Shown piece after piece: positions 14,299 through 23,773 of a stretch of 64,000 bases of DNA (its first letter is position 1; each line of letters starts with the position of its first letter). Both the position numbers and the translations under genes were made by a program. Source of the stretch: Takakia lepidozioides. Lineage: Eukaryota > Plantae > Bryophyta. The stretch is from contig CM060733.1 of NCBI GenBank assembly GCA_030704615.1, forward strand, positions 57,350,001 to 57,414,000. The letters are read 5' to 3'. The notes beneath the pieces are model-generated. The model was not told the DNA's origin and searched no databases. It worked only from the letters and a program-made list of their open reading frames with translations.

Positions 14299-15803
14299 CT
14301 TCTGGACATCTGTGCCTCAGCCACCATCACCAAACTGTGCTCTCTCTCTCTCTCTCTCCTTGCAGAGTTGATCACTACTCAGGAAGTGGAACCGAAGATG
14401 TCAGACTTGTGTGCCCTGATTTGAATACGCTCCGAACACAGCCTCCTTCACTCAACCAGGCATGTAAAATGTACTGAAATGCCACTTGAAACTCACCTCA
14501 GCAGGGCTTAGTCAACAACCAAATATGGAGGATATGTGGAAGAAACTTTGATTGTGTTCCCCCTCTGTTTCAGTGTGACACTCAGTGGATCAACGGTATT
14601 CATAAGTCAAGATAGGAGAGGGGTGAATTCACATTGCAACCATGTCCCCTGGATATAATAGCCTAACCTCCATCCCTGCATTTGCAGCCAAAACCTTCAC
14701 AAGGAGCAGTGCTCTGATATCCTAGTTCCCCCTCAGTCCGTTCTCCTGCAACCATGTCCTTGAGCTGACAATGAACATTATTCCCCTTCTGTAACTGGAC
14801 TTCCCACTTTGCTATAGCAGACCCACTCCTCACTCATGAAATGATCCCATGATTTCATGAGAGTACACCCAGACCCACTTCCCACTTTTGAAGGGATCTC
14901 ATCAGTGTACACCCTATATCCACTTGTAGCTTCCGAACTCATATGTTGCCCTTGTGCTCAGTTGGATCACCACCTGAATCAAACGCCAAAACTGCCCTTT
15001 AGCACTCCCTCCCTCGGCTAATAGCACTGCAATTTTGACGGGTTAGAGGAACACTGCGGGAATTGACATGGTTTACGCCATTTCGGTTCTCGAAGACTTC
15101 TTTTCTTCAATCTGCGAAAAACTCTTTTGCTGATTATACAGGTTCTCCTTTTAGATTCAAATCCTTGCAAAGGATAGAAGGTGGAGATTTTTTCTTGCGG
15201 AACTACGCGACCACCGCGTTAGATCGCTTGATGCGAACACGCCACTGTCCACAGGAGAATACACCATTCCCTTGGGCTGATCACCGAGAATGCTCAACTA
15301 TCAAGAACCATCAGCACAAAGACAGAGGGTGTAGCTAGAAAATCCACCACAAACAATCCTAACTCAAATTTTCAAATAACATCCACCACCATACCTTTCA
15401 ACTCCCACTCCGACTAACCCTTCAGAAAACTCAGCACATTCTTTCACTCGACCAACGCTCTGCAGAAGCTTGACCCATGCACAGATTCCGCTTCCCAAAT
15501 TCCGAACCCAGATTCGGAACATCCACCGAAAATCCAAAGCCCTTCCGTTCAGATCGGTCGCAGCCCAAATCTTCTTGCTACTCCACACTCCAGCTGCAGA
15601 CGTGGGAAACACAAAACGCAGAGAGGAGTGAAGACCTATGGGCCCGGCCCCCGGGTCCTCCGGCCCTCATGTGAATCCCCGTGCTAACGCCCCGCCCTTC
15701 AAAGATAGATACCCGCCGATTCCTCGGTCCATAGTAAAGACCCGGCCGGTGATGCCCTGCATCTGTGTCTCTGGAGTTTCTGGCACGAAGGGGATTGTGG
15801 AGA

Positions 15804-16457
15804 ATGGAACAGCGCTGGCAAGAATTCCTTCACGATCCTTCACAATGGTGGGACAATCGCGTTGGCAAGGTGCGGCTTTCTTCATGTATGATATGAAGGA
15901 GTTTGTCGGTTCTGCAAAAGTGCCGCTTACTGTCGGTATGATAGCTTGTTCTCCCCAAGCAGGCCATGAGATTGCGTTGCCCACGGGTTTTCCTGGTGTT
16001 TACAAGCTACTTGGGAGGGTCGGCTTGGCCTTAGGAGGCTGTGTTAAAAACTATAGCTGCCCAGCTGCACCCCGGTGGTTTCCACAGACCAATCCAAGAT
16101 CACCGGACTACAGACATTAAGCAGGGAGCTGAAGAGGTCTTTTGGATTGGGGGTTGGTTTGATCCTCCTTGGGTGAAAGACAAGCTAGCTGCTGCCATGA
16201 CACAAGTTCAACCACAATGTGGTGAGGGCACCTTCGTCTTCAACACTTTTGGTCGTATCATTACTCCCTGCATTTTCACCTTGGTTTCGGTAAGTTAGCT
16301 AGTCAGATGGACGTTTGGTCATTCCGAGTGTTCTCAACGTGTTACTGCCAATGGGATTGCAGGCAAATACCCGAAAACGGGAAATAGGGACAAGGAGGAG
16401 ATTTGGGACGAATATTTTTCAAACACCAGTCAATGGTGGGACAATAGCGGCAGAAAG
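15804..16457 (+). CDS. 5' exons of the PPR-DYW gene encoding OSB-type PDF motif halves
   Basis: Exon A 15804-15869 MEQRWQEFLHDPSQWWDNRVGK|GT. Exon B 16088(or 16125)-16221 TNPRSPDYRH../GAEEVFWIGGWFDPPWV..QC|GT. Exon C 16363-16457 GKYPKTGNRDKEEIWDEYFSNTSQWWDNSGRK|GT. Splice phases of B(16125)-C-D are compatible. Confidence 0.75.
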
Positions 16458-16742
16458 GTAAACCCACGTTATTTGAAAGCAGGAGCAAGAGCAGAAAGAA
16501 AGATGCATCGAAAACTTTCTTGGAAACTCTCTGTCTCCGTCACTCTGCTTGTTTCTGTTCCTATGCTTTTATTTTGTTCCAGTCTGTCAATGGATGAAGA
16601 CCTTAAGGATGACCTGAGGGCCTACATACCCTTGGCACTCAACTAAAATTCAAAATCCAGGGCAAAGAGTCTACCTTTGAACAATAAACAGATGCAGAGA
16701 GGAAAGGGAGATTGTCAATGCCTGATGTGCGGGCAGCCTTAT

Positions 16743-17100
16743 TGAGCCCTCACAAACGAAGTGTCTGTTCGTTTTTCTGCCCTAGCTGAGTGTGGGTTTA
16801 TGGCCACAAGGCTATCTCTATCACTTTCTTTCGAGGCTGAGCCTAAAGCCCTGGCCCTGTTGGGGGTCTAACTTTCTAGGCTGATGACACACAGCAGATT
16901 GATGCTTGTGTGAAGGGCTTTCTAGAGGATATCTGGAAATCCCGAACTAATTGTTTATATCAAGGTAAGTCATACTACTGCAGTGAGCCCCTCACAAAGG
17001 TAGTGCCTATTCCCTATGTTTCCGTCCGAACTGGGTGCAGAGTTTATGGCCACAAGGCTACGGCAAACAAAGTCTTATGAGTACATTCTATCACTTTCTT
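16743..17100 (+). mobile_element. 5'-truncated LINE 3' end in a PPR gene intron, with a short partial duplicate at ~16743-16830
   Basis: Similar to 47805-48200 (CAGCAGATTGATGCTTGTGTGAAG...GGCCACAAGGCTACGGCAAACAA.GTCTTATGAGTACATT). Confidence 0.7.
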
Positions 17101-17399
17101 TCCATGGGCCCTTTTCCTAGTATGACTCGCAGTGCAACCATATCCATCTCTGCTGCCAGCTAGAGCGCTAGTGGAGCAATGTGCAATTAACCTCTCTCCT
17201 TATACTATGTAGAGGTATGCCCACACACTTAAGGATTTATACTGGACCTCTCTCACATGCACACCCTACACCTCTGGTTGTGAGGTATTGCTTGGTAAAA
17301 TTCTTAGTTTGTCAATGTAAGCTCTAAGTGGCCAGGGAAGGATCTCTTCATATGTAGGGAGGGATAGCTTAAGGAGGCAGGGAGGGAGTGGGGTGGCAG

Positions 17400-19511
17400 A
17401 TCAATCCCCAAGGACCAGATTTCAGGCACAAGAACACGAAGGAGGCACTGTGGATTGATAACTACCTGACATCTGCATCAGTAGATGGTCAACTTAGAGC
17501 AGCAGTACAGTTATGTGAACCAGGCACCTCCTCCATGATCACTGCTTTTGAAAGAGGACCAAGACAGGGAGCTCATAACAATTCTTCTCGGGTTTGTGGG
17601 GATGTGAAGACACTCTGTAAGGCAGGTCAACTGAGAGAAGCGTTGCACATTTTGCAGCAAGCCTGCATTTCCGCAGACTCCAGTACATATGTCTGTCTCT
17701 TGCAGCAGTGCATCAAGATGAACTGCGTCACAGAGGGAAAGCAGGTGCATGCCCACATTATCCAGAGTGGATTCAAACCAAATGTTTTTCTACTCAATAC
17801 CCTCGTGAATATGTATGCCAAGTGCGGGAGCTTGGTGGATGCACGCTTAGTGTTTGACAAAATGCCTGAACGAGATATGTTTACATGGAATATGATGATG
17901 GCAGGATATGCCCAGCATGGGTGTGGTAGGGAAGCCTTTGAGATCTATGAGCATATGAGAAGGGAAGGAGTAGTGCCCACCAATGTCACATTCACTTGCA
18001 TTCTCAAGGCATGTGCAAGCATGGCAGCCCTGGAAAGGGGCATAGAGGTCCATGCTGACATCATCAAAGCTGGAATTAAGCCAGATATTATTCTGAAAAA
18101 CTCTCTTGTTGACATGTATGCCAAATGTGGTAGTTTAAAAGATGCTCGTCAAGTGTTCGACAACATGGATCAGCGAGACGTAATCTCATGGAATGCAATG
18201 ATCGCAGGATATGCTCAGCATAGGGGCGGTAGGGAGGCCCTCAAAGTAGTTGAACAAATGAAACAGGAAGGCTTCAAACCAAACATAGTTTCATGGAGTG
18301 CAATTATTGCAGGATATGCTCAGCATGGATGTGGTAGAGAGGCTTTGGACACCTACGAGCAAATGATTCAGGAAGGAGTGACACCTAACCAGGTCACATT
18401 TGTTTCTGTTCTCAATGCATGTGCCAGCCTGGCAGCCCTGGAAAAGGGCAAAGAGGTCCACGCTGACATCAGGAAAGCCCAATTCCAGCCAAATTTCATT
18501 CTCAAGACTGCCATTGTCAACATGCATGCCAAATGTGGGAATATGAAGGATGCACGTCAAGTCTTCGACAGTATGGCTCAGCGAGATGTGGTCTCATGGA
18601 GTGTGATGATTGCAGGATATGCTCAGCATGGGAGTGGTAGGGAGGCCCTGCAATTATTTGAGCAAATGCAAAAGGAAGGCTTAAAGCCAGACAGTAGCAC
18701 CTTCACATGTGTTCTCTCTGCCTGTAGCCATGTAGGTCTAGTGGATGAAGGCTGTCACTACTTTAATTCCATGACTCAAGATCATGGCCTCGCTCCCACA
18801 ATGGAGCATTTTGGCTGCATGGTTGACCTCCTTGGTCGTGCAGGACAATTGGACAAGGCAGAGAACTTCATTAACAAAATGTCAATTGAACCAACTGCTG
18901 CAGTGTGGCGGACCTTGGTTGGAGCCTGCAGAGTTCATGGCAATGTGGAGGTGGCAGAACATGCAGTGAAATGCCTTCTCAAATTGGATCCAGAGGAGGC
19001 TGGAAGCTATGTGCTACTATCGAACATCTATGCAGCAGCTGGCAGGTGGGAGGATGCTGCAAAGGTGAGACAAATGATGGAGGACAGAGGAGTCAGGAAG
19101 GAGGCAGGACACAGCTGCATTGAGGTGGACAACCAAGTGCATACATTCATTGTAGACGACAAATTGCATCCACAAATTGAGGAGATCCACGCTGAGCTAA
19201 ATAAATTGTCTTGGCAGATGAAGGAGGTCGGGTACATGCCTGACACTCGCTTTGTTTTGCATGATGTGGAGGAGGAGCAAAAGGAATCTTCTCTTTGCTA
19301 CCACAGTGAGAAGCTGGCCATTGCTTTTGGGCTGATTAGAACGCCCCCTGGGACGTCTCTCCGTATCATCAAGAACCTTCGGGTGTGCGGTGACTGCCAC
19401 ACTGCCACCAAATTCATCTCAAAGATTGCCGGGCGAGCAATTGTTGTACGTGATGCCAATCGCTTTCACCACTTCCAAGATGGGCTTTGTTCCTGTGGGG
19501 ATTACTGGTGA
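17400..19511 (+). CDS. PLS-class PPR protein with E1/E2 and intact DYW cytidine deaminase domain (C-to-U RNA editing factor), main exon
   Basis: AG acceptor at 17398-17399, then INPQGPDFRHKNTKEALWIDN. Repeats L-S-P-L-S-P-P-L-S-P2-L2-S2-E1-E2 are followed by [14 protein letters not shown] and C-terminal CSCGDYW*. Confidence 0.96.
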   Translation: MNPQGPDFRHKNTKEALWIDNYLTSASVDGQLRAAVQLCEPGTSSMITAFERGPRQGAHNNSSRVCGDVKTLCKAGQLREALHILQQACISADSSTYVCLLQQCIKMNCVTEGKQVHAHIIQSGFKPNVFLLNTLVNMYAKCGSLVDARLVFDKMPERDMFTWNMMMAGYAQHGCGREAFEIYEHMRREGVVPTNVTFTCILKACASMAALERGIEVHADIIKAGIKPDIILKNSLVDMYAKCGSLKDARQVFDNMDQRDVISWNAMIAGYAQHRGGREALKVVEQMKQEGFKPNIVSWSAIIAGYAQHGCGREALDTYEQMIQEGVTPNQVTFVSVLNACASLAALEKGKEVHADIRKAQFQPNFILKTAIVNMHAKCGNMKDARQVFDSMAQRDVVSWSVMIAGYAQHGSGREALQLFEQMQKEGLKPDSSTFTCVLSACSHVGLVDEGCHYFNSMTQDHGLAPTMEHFGCMVDLLGRAGQLDKAENFINKMSIEPTAAVWRTLVGACRVHGNVEVAEHAVKCLLKLDPEEAGSYVLLSNIYAAAGRWEDAAKVRQMMEDRGVRKEAGHSCIEVDNQVHTFIVDDKLHPQIEEIHAELNKLSWQMKEVGYMPDTRFVLHDVEEEQKESSLCYHSEKLAIAFGLIRTPPGTSLRIIKNLRVCGDCHTATKFISKIAGRAIVVRDANRFHHFQDGLCSCGDYW

Positions 19512-20164
19512 AATGCGCAACAGGTAGGGAAGAAATCACATCACCCAGAAGTACAGGAGAAACGAAAAATTCATTGGTGCACTAGCAAAGGGTGGGGTTG
19601 AAATGGAACTTGACAGTTCGTACTACACCTTTTATTCTCATGAGTCAGTCACACATGATGGCTATTCAGAAGAAACCCTCCATTGAGAGTCATCCAACGG
19701 ATCGAGATCAAGTTGGGAACATGAGGGGCCTGAAACAAAAAGTGTAGTACACACAACCTGATACACTACATGAGTTTCACAGGACATTTTGTCTACCTCA
19801 AAAATTAGGCAGGCCCAGTGGGAAGCCAAATGTATTGGCCAAAGGAGTGTATTGTCAGGCAACTACACACAACCAGATACACTAGACTACATACATTGGG
19901 CATGCAAATACGGTCCATATGGGGATGAGATTGCAAAGTATGAAGCCAAAGGCTATGAGTTGTCAGGTGCCAGGGATAGGCACAGTAGTGTAGCAATAGC
20001 TGGTGGTCAGCTTTGTGAGTGCGAGCAGAATGGGATATTTATCATATTCTGGGAATATCCAGAGAATATGCTATGGCGAAATGGAAAAATGAGCACGCCA
20101 GAAAATTGTGAAACTTATTGCAAATCTGAGCAGAAGCCATCCAGTACCAACCACTGTTAACTTT

Positions 20165-20770
20165 TTTAATATCCGCTAGTTCCGGATATTAAATAATAGA
20201 CATATGTCTGTCCCGGGTATTACCAACATGACAAACAGCAGATCATCCAGTTATTAATTTTAGGGGTTCCTTGGTGGTGCTCCATTCTCACTGTGAAAGA
20301 GGTTATTTTCTCCTCTCACTATTGAGGGGCCTGATTTGTGAGCTGTCGCTCCCAGGTGTTTCCCTTTCTTTAAAAAAATAAAAAAAATAAAAAAATAGGA
20401 CAGATATCTGCCGGGTATTGAGGGGTATTGGCTGGATATCTGTGGGTGTAGAATAATTTTTCACATTTCATATCCATCGGTTATGCATCCGACATTGGAC
20501 CTAAAAATGCCGGTTCCATGTCCGGATACCTTGATATCCGGATTGATCTACTGCGTTGATGACTCTATCCACTGTTGATGACTATGGTACTATCCATTGG
20601 GAGGGTATTGGGTAGGTAGAGGGTATCAACACAGGTTTCAATGCGGGTATGTGGACCCGGACACGTAGGTACATTGTTGGACAATACCAGGTTCATATCC
20701 TGCCCGCTGGTTAAGTGCTGAGTTGATATTGATGCTGAGACCCGGACCCTCGGATAAGGCTTTGGTGATA
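20165..20770. repeat. Degenerate non-autonomous DNA-transposon-like sequence
   Basis: Dense short motifs (CCGGATA, GGGTAT, ATCCG) in both orientations, resembling subterminal repeats. Ends and TSD were not resolved. Confidence 0.3.
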
Positions 20771-23319
20771 TTAATATTGATGTAGGGGTGAATGTTCCAT
20801 GTTTTCCAGTCTGGCTTCCTGCATTCTCCAAAACAAGCGATTGTACTAGGAGTATCCTCTAGGCTGCAACAGGCATCTTAGTCCTAGCAATGATACTACT
20901 GGTTCATTGTGTCTTATTTCTCACTTATTGATCGAGAGTTATCCAGCACGGCTTACCGTATGAACACGCCTTATGGCAACCTGCGGGCAATCAAGGGTTT
21001 TAATTTTTCCCCCTTCAATAACCTATAATAAAATTAAAACCAGGGCATCCCCCTGTTCTCCCAAAAAATAAAATTCTAGCGACGACCAAAGGTCGGAAGC
21101 TAGTTTAGCGTAGAGCAGGAATAGGGTGTCATAGTGCCACGTCATCGTTGCCACGTTTCGTCGCCACGTCATCGTCGTCGTCAATTTCTTTGGAACCTGC
21201 CCGAAATGCCCGAAAAGCAGCGTGGGGAAGAGATGCCCCCGCGTGCTCGAGCTTCTGAAAGAGGATCGAGAGAGGGAGTCCACAATGCCTCTTCTAGTAC
21301 TTCTATGCATGTGAAGATGCTTTGTGAGGTAGGCAAACTGACAGAGGCTCTACAAACTTTAAACCAAGGAGGCATTTAGACACCTATGTCTGTCTCTTGC
21401 TTAAGTGCATCAAGATGAAAGGTCTGGAAGCTGGAAAGCAGGTGCACACGCACATTATCCAAAGTGGATTCACGCCAAATGTTTTTCTACTCAACACCCT
21501 TGTCAACATGTACGTTAAGGGCGGGAGCATCATGGATGCTCACCAAGCATTGAACAGAATGCCTCAACGATCTTGATCACGTGGAATATAATGTTGGTAG
21601 AATTTACCAAGCATGGGTGTGGTAGGAATGCTTTTGAGACCTATGAGCAGATTATGCGCAAAGGGGTGAAGCCCAACCACATCAGATTTGTTTGTGTTTG
21701 CAATGTGTGTGCAAGCCTGGGAGCTCTGGAAAAGGGGAAAGAGGTCCATGGTGACATCGCCAAAGCTGGAATTATACCATATGTCATTCATATGTCACTC
21801 ACGATGGTGGGACAACCGCAATCGCAAGGTGTGGCTTTTTCTTAATGTATGATGTGAAGAAGTTTGTCCATCCTGCACATGTGGGCTCTTGGCTCCTGTT
21901 AGTACCATGATTTGATATTCTTCTTGATTATGTTACAAGGTTCTTGGGAGAGTCAGCTCGGTCTTAGCAGGCTGTGTTTCAATCTATGTCTGCTCAGCTG
22001 CACCGTGTTGGTTCTCACAGACCAATCAGACATCACTTGACACAAGCAGCACACACAAGGGGTCCTTTTGGGTTGATGGTCAAATCCTCCATGGATCATG
22101 CTACAAGGTCAAGGACAATGTGGTGAGGGCACTTCTTCTTCGACCTATTTCAGCCTGTTTTGCCCTCTCATCAGACTCGGCCCTGAGATGCATATTGAAT
22201 TTTCAAGGACTCAATGTGGTGAGGGCACCTTCTTCGACCTATTTCAGCCTGTTTTGCCCTCTCATCAGACTAGGCCCTGAGATGCATATTGAATTCTGCA
22301 AGTTAGGTTGTTGGGTAGATGGTCAACTGGAAACAGCAGCGACAGTGACACAAATGATAGAACAAGGCACTGCTAATGTTCAGGCACCTTCTTCAACACA
22401 TTTCACCCTGTTTTTCCCTCTTGTCAGAGTCGGCCCTAAATTTCCATGTTGAATTCTGCAAGTTAGCTGGTTGAATGAATCTGGTTTGGAGTGACTTTGA
22501 CATGATACTGCCAATGTGATAACAGGAAAGTATCTGAAAACAGGTAACAGAGAGAAGGTGTGGAATGAATACTTTGTTGACCCCAGTCAATGGTGGGACA
22601 ACCGAGGCAAAAAGTTGAATCCTTGTTAGATCAGCAGACGCAATTCAGCATAGGAACTAGTGTGATTGGGTGTTTCCTAGGTTGTCATTGTCAGCTGCTG
22701 GCAGCAAGGGAAAAGATGAATGCATGATTTGTGCAGAGGCATGGATTTTGGCATTTGATGACGAAATGCCGAAATGAGACGTGGTCTCTTGGACTGCAAT
22801 AATTGCAGGATGTATTGAGCAAGGGCATGGTGAAGAGGCATTTGAACTCTTTGGGCAAATGCCACAAGAAGTTGTAGAGCCCGACAAGGTCACTCTCATT
22901 TGCATCCTCAAAAGATGTGCCAGCCCAGCAGCTCTAGGGCAGGGCAAGGGGCTTCATGCCCACATTGTCAGAGCTGGATTTGAATCAGATGTTTATGTAG
23001 GAACTAGCCTTGTCCATATGTATGCCAAGTGTGGGAGTTTGGTGGATGCGCGAAAGATATTTGAAAAATGTCTAGGCGAGATGTGATTTCATGGAATGCT
23101 CAAGGAAGAGGCATTTCAGCTCTTTCGGCAAATGCAAGTAGAAGGCGTGATGGTCCATGCCCATATCATTGAAGTTGGCTTTGAGTCAGATGTCCGTGTG
23201 GGAAACACCCTTCTCAGCATGTATGTCAAGTGTGGAAGTCTGGTGGATGCATGCCGAGTCTTTAACAATATGCCTGAACAAGATGTGGTTTCATGGAATG
23301 CAATGATTGTAGGATACAT

Positions 23320-23773
23320 TCAGCCCTCATCAGCCTCTTCACCCCGCATACCGGTGGGTGACCCCGCAGCTTGGCCCACCCATCGGTGGGGGAAATTGAA
23401 AAGACGTCGGCCACCAACAAAGGCGAACGACACCAGGATGGCCAACGTTCTTGCAATGCCCTGCATAGTGCAAGGTTGCAGGGATGTTCCTCACCCGAGG
23501 ATGGGGCGCATATTTCAGTTGTCAACAGCCGGGTCTGCTACACGCAATGTCGTGTATGCAATCACAGTTTCTCAGTACCCAACTTGCAACTGTGAGGACT
23601 TCATTGTTATGGAATCGAAGAATGCAGCATACGTCCCCTACAAACAGCTTTATTACATTTTTCTGAAGCGCATGAGTTGCATATCCGCAATGGACGTCTT
23701 TATCCATGCTCCAACACTAAGCTTCAACGAGCTGCACAAGGCCCTACGACAAGATACAGGTCAGACTGCTTGA
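23320..23773 (+). other. SWIM zinc-finger-like fragment embedded among PPR fragments
   Basis: YAITVSQYPTCNCEDF...YVPYKQLYYIF fits the SWIM pattern CxCx(n)CxH with the last two ligands decayed. Confidence 0.6.

Noticed and set aside
14338-14358. (CT)n and (GA)n microsatellites here and near 13975 and 47775
   Set aside because: Ordinary simple repeats of plant UTRs and introns.
15638-16120. 160-aa ORF upstream of the PPR gene
   Set aside because: It reads through intron 1 and is out of frame with the WWDNR exon; only its last residues are meaningful.
17388-17399. ORF-track start (GTG) of the 707-aa PPR protein
   Set aside because: It lies in the intron just before the AG acceptor at 17398-17399; the real N-terminus comes from upstream exons.
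19095-19511. Possible U-to-C (KP-type) DYW variant
   Set aside because: HSEKLA and the terminal DYW are canonical for C-to-U factors; no KP box or HAE motif is present.
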